Assembly (NCBI RefSeq): GCF_001194135.2
Contig: NC_068982.1
Location: forward strand, 64,850,686 to 64,914,685
From: Octopus bimaculoides
Lineage: Eukaryota
Direction: 5' to 3'
DNA length: 64,000 bases
Position 1 is the stretch's first letter. Every line of letters starts with the position of its first letter. Shown piece after piece: positions 1 to 12,270 of the stretch. The position numbers and the translations under genes are program-made. The notes beneath the pieces were generated by a model, which saw only the letters and a program-made list of their open reading frames with translations, made no database searches and was not told the DNA's origin.

Positions 1-256
1 TGAAATAGACGGAACGCTGAACTCCAGACTAAACAACATTTATTTAGGTGATAAACATACATATCTTTTAGTTATACATCTTTAGAGGTGAGAATAACGA
101 GCTGTCGAGTATAAGACCGAAAGATGTAGAGACAGCTTTAAACACACGTCCTTGCTCAATCGCTGGCCAGCGTGAAAGAGAATGAATTGAGCGGGAAACG
201 CTTGCTTGTTTAATTTTACGCATGCGTAAGACTACGCATGCACAGGCGTTACTACA
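1..256 (-). repeat. Candidate 3' LTR of the Gypsy remnant
   Basis: Minus strand begins TGTAGTAA at 256 and reads ...TATTTCA at position 1. Contains AATAAA and is preceded by a purine-rich GTAGGGGTAGGA (PPT-like). May extend beyond the window. Confidence 0.4.
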
Positions 257-547
257 CAACCATCCTACCCCTACATTCAGAAAGAATCTCTTACCATCAC
301 AAGATCTAAAAAACAAATAGGATATTTTAAACTGTATATGCACCCTCTTTGGTAGATTAACACTCTCGAGTTACTTTATCCCAATTATAATCTTCACCAA
401 TCTTTCCAATAATCTAACACCTCCATTTACATTAGAACCTACTGATATACTGACGTCTCCAGTACTGCACTGCATACACCTTCTCCAAAGTATCAGAATA
501 TGTCCATATGACCCTTATTATCTTCCTTGTCATTCCGCATAAAAATG

Positions 548-908
548 TATCAGTCGTAGGCGTGGGAGTGGCTGTGTGGTAAGTAGCTCGCTTACCAACC
601 ACATGGTTCCGGGTTCAGTCCCACTGCGTGGCATCTTGGGCAAGTGTCTTCTACTATAGCCTCGGGCCGACCAAAGCCTTGTGAGTGGATTTGGTAGACG
701 GAAACTGAAAGAAGCCCGTCGTATATATATATGTATGTGTGTCTGTGTTTGTCCCCCCAACATCGCTTGACAACCGATGCTGGTGTGTTTATGTCCCCGT
801 AACTTAGCGGTTCGGCAAAATAGACCGATAGAATAAGTACTAGGCTTCTAAAGAATAAGTCCTGGGGTCGATTTGCTCGACTAAAGGCGGTGCTCCAGNN
901 NNNNNNNN

Positions 909-941
<33 letters not shown>

Positions 942-1146
942 CTGTGTTTGTCCCCCCAACATCGCTTGACAACCGATGCTGGTGTGTTTATGTCCCCGTA
1001 ACTTAGCGGTTCGGCAAAATAGACCGATAGAATAAGTACTAGGCTTCTAAAGAATAAGTCCTGGGGTCGATTTGCTCGACTAAAGGCGGTGCTCCAGCAT
1101 GGCCACAGTCAAAAGACTGAAACAAGTAAAAGAGTAAAAAAGAGTA
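548..1146 (+). mobile_element. tRNA-derived SINE family A (copy split and partly duplicated across a 10-N gap)
   Basis: A/B-box head GGAGTGGCTGTGTGG...GGTTCAGTCCC, internal (TA/TG)n, tail ggtgctccagcatggcc..gactgaaacaagtaaaaga. Many similar copies in the window. Confidence 0.9.
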
Positions 1147-1209
1147 GTCGTATGATAATGATTCGTGTAGGCATTCATTTCTTACTATAGTTATTTATAT
1201 TCTATGTAT

Positions 1210-1498
1210 TGCATTGTTGATAAAGCTGAAGTAACAACAACGTCAGTATGAATGTCGTTGGGGGCTAAACCCATTTTCTGCAGGTACTTGTTAACACCAC
1301 GATGCAAAATTTTTCCATTTTCAAGAGAAGTCGCTACTAGTTACCTTTGAAATTTTCTTTGAAGAGTGAGATGTGAGATTACTTGGAAAGAAACAATGCA
1401 GTTATTCATAAGAAAGGTTGAAATTAATGCCTGCAAGATTTCACAGTTATAGCATCACTTCTTCAAAGTTAGCCTAAGAACTTTTCAGCCCACACTCG
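1210..1498 (-). mobile_element. Mariner DNA transposon 5' end with transposase N-terminus remnant
   Basis: TA then TIR CGAGTGTGGGCTGAAAAGTTCTTAGGCT. ATG at 1318, with frameshifted MEK..HRGV.KYLQK.GLAPNDIH resembling mariner HTH N-termini. Confidence 0.75.
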
Positions 1499-2144
1499 TA
1501 AATCATAAACAGATGACTTTTTATCTGGAGTATTTTTATCGAGTATTTTCCTTCTTTAGTTCGTAGTTGCCCAATGTATTTTACTTGGTCAAAAGTGAGT
1601 TTTCATTGAATTCTGTTTCGGATCTCTATCTATGTAGCTTGCAATATATATCGTAGATAACCACAAACACGCTCTCTAAAACTTCAGACAAATGTCATAG
1701 CGACTTGAAATACTTTAGATTTTACTCGCAGAGGAAGTCAACTGAAAGTAAATTTGCCAACAGGATAGTTGAATGTGGTCAGTTTGTTAGTCTCTTTGGA
1801 AGCTTTATTTTCCAAAGGCCTTTCTCAACATCCAATACTATGAAATACTTTGATGCATTCTGGCTGTAACTGCTCTTACATAAATGCACTTTATTAACAT
1901 GTTTCTTCAAAGCCATCAAACTATTAACTCAGTCAGTTTGTTCGTCGACTGTATATAACATCATCCAACTCCATCGATTTTAAATCGTTGCTCAAGGTCA
2001 TTGAAATCCTTCTTGGAGAATGTATAACCGCTGTTATTTTAGTATTTGTACAAGTTTATGTGTATTGATTTTCTAGAATACTGTAAACTGCGAAGATATC
2101 GTTCATCTTTTACTCATTGAGTTGAATAAATCGCCACCCCCGTA

Positions 2145-2385
2145 CTTATTTCTTTGTTAAACCTGGTACTTATTCTATCAGTTTCTTTTGCCGAACCGTT
2201 AGGTTATGGGGACATAAACACACCAACACTGGTTGTCAAGCAGTGGTGGGAGACAAACACAGACACAAAGACACACACACACACAGGGCTTCTTTCAGTT
2301 TCCGTCTACCAAATCCACTCACAACCATGTGGTTGGGAAGCAAGCTTCTTTCGCAGATTCACACAATTTTTACTCATTTTTCACC
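2145..2385 (-). mobile_element. SINE family A fragment inside the Gypsy remnant
   Basis: Reverse-strand match to the body of 548-1146. Confidence 0.8.
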
Positions 2386-2788
2386 TCTAATCTCCGTTTT
2401 ATTTACCTATTTATTTAACAGAGTCAATCATATATAAATAGTGCAACCTCTGTGAGTTGCACTGGTAGTTACTTCTCCCACTGATGGCATTATATGACCT
2501 GAAATGGAAGCGTTGTGCTTCTTGCGTATTGGTAATAACTTCAGGATGCTTTCTCAGTAACACTCAATTGCAAGACATTGCATTGAGCACCTGTATCTCA
2601 CAGTATTTCATGTTTATTCTTTTCATTTGATAATGCACATATCCCTGGATACCAACGACTATCTATTTTCTTTGGATAATTAAATTGTCAGTTTTATGTT
2701 TTGGTTTTGGAGAACCAGCTGTTTTAAACTCACATACTTTTGCAATAAGGCCTGACTTATCACATTTATATCACTCTGTCGTGTAGAT

Positions 2789-3045
2789 CAAGGGTTTTCA
2801 AACTTTTTGACTTGCGGACCCCTTTATATTTCAGGCTTTACCTTAGGGACCCCCTTATAAACGCTTATTAAATTTAAAAATAAATATTTGCTTAAATTAA
2901 CATATATTTTTACATTTATTTATTTAACAGTATTTAACAAATAGGTTTATTGTCAATTAAAAGATTTTGATTAAAAAACACATATAAAATCAAATTGCCC
3001 CCCACCCCCGTCTTGTCCTTGCGGACCACAGTTTGAAAACTCCTG
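2789..3045. mobile_element. hAT (Charlie/Buster-type) MITE
   Basis: TIRs CAAGGGTTTTCAAACT / AGTTTGAAAACTCCTG (14/16). Perfect 8-bp TSD GTGTAGAT at 2781-2788 and 3046-3053, with central TA. Confidence 0.9.
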
Positions 3046-3486
3046 GTGTAGATGATAAAACTGAAATACAAATTAGTGACTACCTCCGTATTTTTTGCTC
3101 GTTTATGCTTCGCTGCCAGTTTTTATTTTTAAAATGTTTAATGAGTATAGATACACTCAACAGTATGAGCAGTTCCTGCAACTCTTTGTATAATGACCAC
3201 AACTTTAGCTGAATTAAAATGACCAGTTTCCTTCAGTTTTTGAAGATCAAGGAACAATGTATACAACACCAAACTGATAATGAAATCGTGAAACACACAC
3301 ATACCTACTTATTTTTTCAGTTCCATGAAATATTCATCAGTATTTCTACCATTTTAGCAGCATAGAGATCATTTCTAGGTCCCCAGAAATTGCCAGAGTT
3401 CTCTATGATAACCATACATTTTTACTATGGCTTTCCTCATATGTGACGTTGTCAAAAAATTTGTTCACCTCCTTCACAATCGTCCG

Positions 3487-3513
3487 TAGAAGAAGAAGAA
3501 GAAGAAGAAGAAG

Positions 3514-3545
<32 letters not shown>

Positions 3546-3608
3546 GTAGTAGTAGTAGTAGTAGCAGCAGCAGCAGCAGTAGTAGTAGTAGCAGTAGTAG
3601 TAGTAGTA
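3487..3608. repeat. Compound trinucleotide microsatellite (AGA)n(AGT)n(AGC)n
   Basis: Directly visible. Confidence 0.95.
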
Positions 3609-5736
3609 AGTCTAATGACGTTTGCTTCTGACAGGACTCTATGTACCTGTATACTCTTCCCTCACCTACCCTCCCAGGAAAATGTGGATGGATGGATGAA
3701 TGGATTTTACCAGTTGATCCATCCTTCTCGATAGACGTTAAAAACTATATAAAATCCTCATTGAATCGACACCACTTGCCAGGTAAGTTAATACCAGATA
3801 TAGCGTTAGGAGCTAGGAAATGATATTCAGCAAATTATTAATATGCGTTAGACTGTAAAATTACTGACTCAATTACCTTAATTAAAGTCCATTAGCAACT
3901 CACAATCAATCCCATTACTGATGAACAAAAGAGAAGCAGTGAAGCACTGTGAGAACATATGATAAATTACGTCAATAACATCAATAATCCGATTCAAACG
4001 TATTCGTATCGTATTTGAAAAGAAAAAAAAACCTTATTACGACACATTAAAGCTATTTTGAAGATATAAGTAAGAGGACTAGAAAGTTCAATACAGAGGA
4101 CTAGCGGTTTCATCACGGATCAGGAATCTTCAGACAAGCTAGATTCTTTATGTCGAGCACTCTGTTCTACCCTAAGTATAAATCACAAGAGAATGGGATG
4201 GGGAAATAGAAAAGAAAATGTGAAATCTTCCAAAAATATTGTCATGCTGCAAAGAACATAATATTAGAAACTGTTTTTATTCAGAACCGAAGGATTTCAT
4301 CAAGAAATCAGACGGAAGGTTATATAGTTTGATAACAAGAAACAAATTCCTGTACGATATCTTAAGTACTAATCTGAAGATAAATAATCATTCTTAGCTT
4401 ATCAGTTTAAATATCGCAACATGCACTTCACTAAATATTTTCAAACAGAAAGCACACTTAGGAAATATTGCAATCTTATCTAAATTTGCGTGTATCTGTT
4501 CTGAGGTCTTGAGATCTGTAAGTCACTTAAAATTTGGGGAGTTCTTTCCCTTACTACTTTAGAGAATAATCTTCATTAACGCTAATAAAGTTTTTCTCAT
4601 TACGGTTATAATGAGGAGGTCTAATAACACAGAAACATATTTGGAGTAGTCACCATAGATAGCTGGCAAAGATTCATACACATCTCCTCCTCCGTTGCAT
4701 AACTCCATTTAATTTTCTGCCAATTACAATTTCGAACATTCTCTACATTGTCCCTTTTTCAGAGAAATTTTCATTGCCTTCATAATTTAAAACGACTTTA
4801 ATTATTTCGGCTCACTAACCTAAGTATGGTAACTAGCACTTAACTATATCTAATATATAAAATAGAGATGTGTGTGTATTCGCTTTTCATGAAAAGCGAA
4901 AACGGCTTCACCAATTGTTTCCATACTTGTAATGCATGAATAATTTGACCTCGGACACATGTTAGACTCTTCATTTAATTTTTTTTTATTGAAAATTAAA
5001 AAAGAAATATTACTTTTTATATTAAATTCATGTCTTTGAAAGTTTGAAAACAAATATTTACTTCCGGTTTTCTAGCGTCAGTGAAGTAACTATATCTATC
5101 TATCTATCTATCGCTCTCTCTCTCTCTCTCTCCCTATATCTCACTCACTCTTTATTGTTTTCACTTTCATTTTTCAGACTATTCTTTCACTTTAATTTTT
5201 CAGACGCCATTCTTTTACTTTAAGTTCAATTGCTATTGTTTTCACTGTAAGTTTTCAATCGCTATTTACAAGCAACAACGACAAATTACTGACAGAAAGA
5301 TGTTCATAATTGCTGATGAAAGTAATTTCATAATTTACTGACACAAATAACCTCATAATTGCACTTCAATCCGTACACTTCGTTAAATTTTCCTACAAAT
5401 TTCTTATTTACTTTTGCAATGTTTTTGTGTTTTTTTTTTTTTTTTTCTTGACGGAATTACTGATAAAAGTAAGTTCATAATCTACTGACAGAAATAACTT
5501 CAAAAATTTGACTTAAATCCATACACTTAGTTAATTTCCCTAAAAATGTCTTATTTATTTTTGCAACGGTTGTTGATGGGGTTTTTTTTTCTGCTTCCTT
5601 CGATACTGGCTCTTTGGTTCACTGAGTGACAAATTTCTCTTCAACCCGTACAATTCTTTATTTTCCATAAAAATTTCTCATTTAATTTCTGCTCGTCGTA
5701 TTAAGAAACATAATTTCCGTTACCTAGTTATTTTCA

Positions 5737-6360
5737 TTGTTTACTATCTTCTGTACCAGTGTATTTCTGTATACGTATATAACCATACCTAGAAGGAAAG
5801 TACAAAATTTGTCTGCAATGTCAAGGTCAGCCAAAAGAATGTCTTTGTCCGGGAAAAGAGAGATAGCTGCAGAAAGGGAAGCACGCCAAGAAATGAACAG
5901 ACTGTACACTACAAAAGCCAGAGCATCTCAAAGTGATGAACAGAGCTATGCACAGCTGACAAGGAATAAGATCTCCACTGCAGAACGAAGAGCAGTCGCA
6001 ACAACTCAGAGAAGCAACTTCTATGAAACAGCTTTCAATTATGATCCAGCAGTTCATTATGCAGATGACACTAGAGTTTCCATTGGTGCAATGACAACTG
6101 AGTGCATACATTGTAAAGCAAGGAAGCGGCCTGGAGAGACACCTTTACTGTGCTGCAGTGGTAGAAAGGTTAAACTTCCTGCAATCCCCCAACCTCCAGA
6201 GCCATTGAAGAAACTGTTGTCATCAACTGACCAAGATTCCAAGCACTTCCAATACAAATTAGACAATACAACGCTGCACTACAGATGACATCATTTGGAG
6301 CCACAAGATGAACCAGGATTCATGCAAACTTGTCAGATTTATCATCGGATTGGCTCTCTA
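5737..6360 (+). mobile_element. Helitron Rep/Hel N-terminal coding fragment (pseudogenised)
   Basis: AFNYDP..Y..IGAMTTECIHCKARK.PGETPLLCCSG.KVKLP.IP.PPEPLKKLL..SKHF, then frameshifted QIRQYNAALQMTSFGA and QIYHRIGSL. This is the typical Helitron zinc-binding N-terminal block. Confidence 0.85.
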
Positions 6361-7730
6361 CAATCTGTCTACTACCTTTCATTGTTTATAATCTGTACCT
6401 GTTTTTTTGGTTACGAAATGAGCTAGATAAAACGTGTTTTGGAATTATGTGTAGTTACTTTATATACATATATGAGTTGAAAACTTTCTTTTAACATTTC
6501 ACTTAACGTCTATGTTCCATGCTAGCATGGGTTGGAGAGTTATTAATGTAGAAAGTTGGTGTCTCAGCTACTATCAGTTGAAATCTGCGTAATCTAGACG
6601 GCGTTCTTAAATTTCATTTTTTTTTAACAGTCTGTCTGTTTATGATTGAGTGACTAAGAAATCATCCGTTATATTAATGTGATACAAAGGAAGTTGTTAG
6701 TTTATTCAGTAAAAGTCCATAGCAGTGAATAGGACATTAAATTTACTGTTACTTGGGTAACACAGTCACTCGACATACAACGGAGACGTTCGATTCCAGT
6801 AAGAGTATCTGCTCTCTTCCTTCTGTCTTAATCCTAACTTGTAAAAGTCTTACTATATATGAAATCAAGGATACAACATATAGGAAACGAACAAAATATA
6901 TAGTTCTAAATAAGGAAGATAAAAATAGCAGGGTGTCGAAAACAGAATTTGCATTTAAGGAGAGGATTCATAATTTTATTGATTGAAATAACAAGATAGA
7001 AAAGTGTAGACAAATACAAAAGAAAAAAAAAAGCGAAAAATCTATTAAAATAAAAAAGAAAGAGAAATTTTTCAACAAAAATGAGCGCTAATCACGAATG
7101 TGAACTTCAAGTTCTAATTTTTTGACTTGCAAGTTTTTCGTTTGAAATTTTGAATTGAAAAATATGAGATATTTTCGTAAATTGAGATAGATAGATATAG
7201 AAAGAGAGAGATTGATAGCGAGCGAGAGAGAGACGGATAGCGAGTATGTGTGTGAGAGAGAGAGAGAGAGAGAAATAGGAGAGAGAGATGGTGTGAGGTG
7301 GGCTGAGGTGTTGGAAAATCGCATTGAAAAGAAAAAGACTGGAATCGAATCGACGGAAAAAAGAAAATATTTCCTGATCAATAAAGTCAGAAAATAGTAC
7401 TGAATTTCAGTTCTCCACGTTACTTCTCCCTCACATATATGCTTCATATTTCAGCAATATGAAATATGAAAAAAAAAAAAAAAAATTATCCGTATTATTA
7501 ATATGAAAAAACAAACAAACAAAAAAGACTGCTGGTAAAAATTGTCTCGGAAAATTAAAATTCTAAATTCGTATCCATCCAAGGTTCTTCGGTTTAAGTC
7601 ATGAAATTAAAAATAAAAATGTTTTTTTAAAGAAAATATGGTATATATATGGTATATATATAGTAACATTTCCTGTGATAATGTTTTCAATGTGCTTTAA
7701 AAACTGATCGAGTTGCTCTATGTTAATTAG

Positions 7731-7834
7731 CACGTGTTGCTCAGGTGACGTAATTCTGATGTCATGGAAGCAGGTGAGGTTGTCTGAGCGAGGAGGCACC
7801 ACTCCACCCATTGAACGTTTACACGACTCAGGTG
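7731..7834. promoter_or_regulatory. Candidate upstream enhancer (E-box/CRE cluster)
   Basis: CACGTG 7731, CAGGTG at 7742, 7771 and 7829, TGACGTAA 7746, all in unique CpG-rich sequence. Motif evidence only. Confidence 0.3.
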
Positions 7835-8386
7835 CTCGATTCAATCATGTCACGTTTAGTACAACTTTTCCATTCTTCATTTCCTTTCTTTCTTTTTCTC
7901 TTCCTTCCTTTCTTTCATTCTTTCTCTCCCGCTCACACTCTCTCTCTCACACATACTCTCTTCCCCCCCTCTCTCTCTCTCACACACACACACACATACT
8001 CTCTCTCTCTTTCCCCTCTCTCCGTCCATCAGTATGTCTAACCTTCTCTTTTTTCTCCATTCCGCTACGCATCTTCTGCCAATACAACAAACCTGCTAAC
8101 GGATACGCGATCTCTGCTTGTTTTGTTGATTGTGGATATTATAACGGTTAATAATGTTTGACATACGTATACATCAAAACACACACGCACGCACGCACGC
8201 ACGTCGTCAACATACTCATAAAAATAAAATTGTACTTATTCATGGATGTTCATATTAGTATAATCACGTATATCAGTATGCATACTTCACACACACACAC
8301 ACACACACACAGATATATGCACTCATAAACTACAATCTGAAAATAAAATAATGCGCTTATATTTTTAAGAAATGTATGTATGCATT

Positions 8387-8602
8387 GGTTTCAAATTTTA
8401 TCACAAGGCCAGCAATCTGGGCAGAGACGGGGATAAGTCGATTACATCGACATCAGTATCCAACTGGTACTTATTTTATCGGCTCCAAAAGGACGAAAGA
8501 CAAAGTCGACCTGGGCAGCATTTAAACACAGAAAATAAAACGGATGAAATGTCGCCAAGTATTTTGTCCAGCGCGGTAACGATTCTGTCAGCTCGCCGCT
8601 TT
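8387..8602 (-). mobile_element. SINE family D
   Basis: Reverse match to ggcggtgagctggcagaatcgttagc...gtcgactttgcctttcatcc...aagtaccagt...gtgccaaaatttgaaacc. Confidence 0.8.
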
Positions 8603-8964
8603 ACTTACCGTCCCATGTATTGGCTAGTGTTGAGCGCACGTACACACATTCACGTACGTATATGTATGTGTTTATTATAACAAAAATTGACAACTGCCGG
8701 CTTTTTGTACAATAAATATATCTATCCACTTTACACAACACTGAGTTCCATATCAGATAATGATTGTATTAAATAGAACATATGTTAACTAACATACCCA
8801 TATCATCAAACATGGGGACTACTTTACTAATGATAGAAAATGGAGCATCAAAATTATGGGAGAAACCATTGATGTACATATACAGAACTAAAGCACACAC
8901 ACTCACATACATACACATACGTTTTTGTGTGCGTGTGTGTGAAACATCCAGTTTTCTATAGTTA

Positions 8965-9265
8965 CATGGGTTAGACAGACTTTATACAGTTGGATGTCCT
9001 TCCTGTCGCCAACCCGCACCTGTTTTCAAGTAGGGTAATATTTCACCATGACCAGACATGTTTTCGTGTAAGACTGGATACAAACGATACCGCTTGCTTA
9101 CAACTATCACGAGATGTCAAGGCAAGGAAACAATAAAACAAACACGCATACACGCACGCACACATACATATTTAGGCTCCTTTCAGTTTCCGTTTACCAA
9201 ATCTACACACAAGGCTTTGATCGGCTCTGGGCTATTGTAGAAGACGTTTGCCCAAGGTGCTCATC
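8965..9265 (-). mobile_element. SINE A-head variant with RTE-like tail (A2)
   Basis: Family A 5' body joined to a tail containing ggttggcgacaggaaggacatcc. Similar copies at 26150-26560(-), 38468-38800(+) and 51560-51945(-). Confidence 0.7.
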
Positions 9266-9630
9266 CATGTGTGTACTCATACATATATGTATGTATGCGC
9301 GCGTGCATACTTGTTTACATTTCAGAGAAAGATTGGTGAAATCGGTGTTGTCGACAGCTTGACGTTGGGAAGATGTGTGAAGTATAAGGGTTAGTGTCAG
9401 GAAGGGCGATCATGGAAAACGAATTAACACGAAAGAAAGAATATATATATATTGTAATATTTCCTTTTGTGTTGTTAAATTTTTGATACGTGTGTATGTG
9501 TGTTTATGTATATGCATGCATGTATGTTTATATATTTAAATATTTGTATGCATGTGTATTTTTGTACAGTAACATGTGAGTAAATATCTAAATAATTATG
9601 TGTGTGAATGTGTATGTCTGTGTATGCGTG

Positions 9631-10210
9631 NNNNNNNNNNNNNNNNNNNNNNNNNNNNNNNNNNNNNNNNNNNNNNNNNNNNNNNNNNNNNNNNNNNNNN
9701 NNNNNNNNNNNNNNNNNNNNNNNNNNNNNNNNNNNNNNNNNNNNNNNNNNNNNNNNNNNNNNNNNNNNNNNNNNNNNNNNNNNNNNNNNNNNNNNNNNNN
9801 NNNNNNNNNNNNNNNNNNNNNNNNNNNNNNNNNNNNNNNNNNNNNNNNNNNNNNNNNNNNNNNNNNNNNNNNNNNNNNNNNNNNNNNNNNNNNNNNNNNN
9901 NNNNNNNNNNNNNNNNNNNNNNNNNNNNNNNNNNNNNNNNNNNNNNNNNNNNNNNNNNNNNNNNNNNNNNNNNNNNNNNNNNNNNNNNNNNNNNNNNNNN
10001 NNNNNNNNNNNNNNNNNNNNNNNNNNNNNNNNNNNNNNNNNNNNNNNNNNNNNNNNNNNNNNNNNNNNNNNNNNNNNNNNNNNNNNNNNNNNNNNNNNNN
10101 NNNNNNNNNNNNNNNNNNNNNNNNNNNNNNNNNNNNNNNNNNNNNNNNNNNNNNNNNNNNNNNNNNNNNNNNNNNNNNNNNNNNNNNNNNNNNNNNNNNN
10201 NNNNNNNNNN
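9631..10210. other. Assembly gap (580 N)
   Basis: N run. Other gaps lie at about 899, 13696, 18615, 23369, 37545, 45292 and 47129, mostly within microsatellites. Confidence 1.
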
Positions 10211-11279
10211 ATATATATATATTTAAAAGAAGAAAATGGAAATTGGGAAGTTAATAATTATTTATTATTAACAGAAAATTGTTCATCTTCACTTACAGCC
10301 GTTTCTATTAATACTCAATAAACATTAAATTTAGATTTATGCGACATGAGCATAAGCTCATCAGAGGATAAAAGATGTACTTTTGGATGCTATGTTTGTG
10401 AATTCATTTTAGCAGATGTGTGTGTAATCGAATAAGTTGTAGTCAACGAGAAGGAATACGATGAACATTTATTTGTAATCACCACAATTGTTTCTATGCA
10501 ACCTTAGTCCTCCAGGTCCGCAGGTATTTGGTTATGTAACCGTTTCCCTGCGTTATGAGTTCTTGTGTTTCATCAGGCGATGTATAAATATTGTTTCTGT
10601 GTTCCGGAAACTGAAATTTTCGGCTTCAGTAGTATAAAACTACTGTTGGATAGCATTGGGTGAAATCTGAAGGTGGACGAGCTTTATACTGTACTCTACT
10701 ACGTTCTTAATAGAATATAACCTATGTGTGTGTGTGTGTGTATTGCAGTTAGAAACAAGTATGACATGGAAGTATAACTCCCACTGACCTTGTCTTATAC
10801 TACACGTTGTATCTCAAAATTTCTAAATTGCATCGATAGGTGAATATGTCTTTGCGATGATGACACATCAAACAGAATGGTCAGATTGAGCTAAGCGTGT
10901 ATCGGAGTAACCACGAGGGACCTAACAATCCCGATTGAGGAAAAAAAAAAAAGAAAAACCAACAAGATTTTCTTTTTACACGTACATGTTTCGCGTAAAG
11001 AATTTTGAACATCGATTCGCACGAGCGCACACACGCACATAAACTCTCTCTCTCTCTGACTTCTTGGTTCTGCTATTTATATTCATCCATTTTCACTTTC
11101 TATCCATTGGATGGAAAGGATGGATGGATGAGTGTGCGTAAGCTGTTGCTTCTTTGTCAGAATCGAAAATTTGCCCCAATATCATTTGCTATATTTTGAA
11201 GTGGGTGTGGAACCAAAATCAATTCCTAGTTATCAATGAAAACGGCTTCCTTCCTTCTTTTCTTTTCTTTCTCTATCGT

Positions 11280-11363
11280 TTCGTGAATGAATTGCGTTCG
11301 TAGCTGCTAGTTGATAGTGGCAGGCAGCGGTAGCTTAGAGGTGAATGTTTCGTCTTTAAAACA
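11280..11363 (+). other. Candidate non-coding first exon / TSS region of PAWR
   Basis: CpG-containing unique sequence ending at donor ACA|GTGAGT (GT at 11364). A strong acceptor ccttcttcacctgtttctctattgtcAG lies at 11797. The 5' boundary is a guess. Confidence 0.4.
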
Positions 11364-11797
11364 GTGAGTGATTACTTAGGAGAATCGAAGGAAGGTGTTT
11401 AGATATACGGGTGTAGTAAGAGAGAGAGAGGGGGGAAAGTGAGAGAGGGGAAAAGAGAAAAGGGGAAAGAGAGAGAGAAGCGAGGAAGAGAAAAAGAAAG
11501 ACAGGGAGTGAGAGAAAATAGAAGATATATAGCTAAATAGATATATGGCTCAAAACAAAAAGATTGATACATAAAGTAGACGAAGAGTATCGGGCAGAGG
11601 GATACATAGATAGATCAATGAAGAGAGGAAGAGTAAATGAATGGATAGGTTGTATGTGACCTGTCGGTATAATGTGTATTTCATGTTAGCAGCAATACCG
11701 TATGTGAGAGAGAGAAGGAAAGAGAGAAAGAGAGATTGAGATTTTCATGTTACCTTCCTCTTGCTACTGCCTTCTTCACCTGTTTCTCTATTGTCAG

Positions 11798-12192
11798 CCT
11801 TGCCATCCGAGACAGTGTGTGAGAGAGAGGGAGGGAAAGAGAGAGAGAGGATATACAAAGAGAGACTAGTAGTGACGACACCAGTAAGAGAGATAACAGC
11901 AGCCAAGAGTGGAAAGCGAAGCACAGTAATCCGTTTTAAATTCGAGTCGGTCTTGTTAGAAGAGAACTGTCTAGTTGAAGGTTTGCTGACCCTCTCACCC
12001 GAAGAAAAACAAAAACTTCAACCGCTGTTCACCATATAAAAGCTGGACTTTATGGTAGAAATTACAGTTATTAAAAAGGAAACAAAACGAAGGAAGGATA
12101 ACAAATTGTTAATGATTTCTTAGGTGATTGATTATTTACTCGAAACTGGAGGGATAACATTGCGTGCGTGTGTGTGTGTATATATATATATA

Positions 12193-12230
<38 letters not shown>

Positions 12231-12270
12231 TAATTGATTATATATATTTATATATACTCTTTTTACAATC
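11798..12270 (+). other. Candidate 5'UTR portion of the PAWR ATG-containing exon
   Basis: Lies between the polypyrimidine acceptor at 11797 and ATG 12271. An alternative acceptor tttcttAG is at 12123. Confidence 0.4.

Larger units (their letters stand above)
1..2780 (-). mobile_element. Highly decayed Gypsy/Ty3 LTR retrotransposon (gag-pol remnant) with nested insertions
   Basis: Minus strand, in gag-PR-RT order: degenerate zinc knuckle *YKCDKSGLIAKVC (2732-2773), protease DTGAQCNVL (2571-2597), RT LTTFNYPVGKFTF (1744-1782) followed by LPLRVKSKVFQ. Many stops and frameshifts. Confidence 0.75.

Noticed and set aside
780-1080. Apparent tandem duplication of the SINE A 3' half
   Set aside because: Identical sequence on both sides of a 10-N gap is typical of an unmerged contig overlap.
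3443-3631. Poly-R/poly-S and other low-complexity ORFs (also those over (CA)n, (TA)n, (CT)n and N runs)
   Set aside because: These are translations of microsatellites or gaps.
11761-12039. 92-aa ORF upstream of PAWR
   Set aside because: It starts at TTG, spans a GA microsatellite and the predicted acceptor, and has no protein resemblance.
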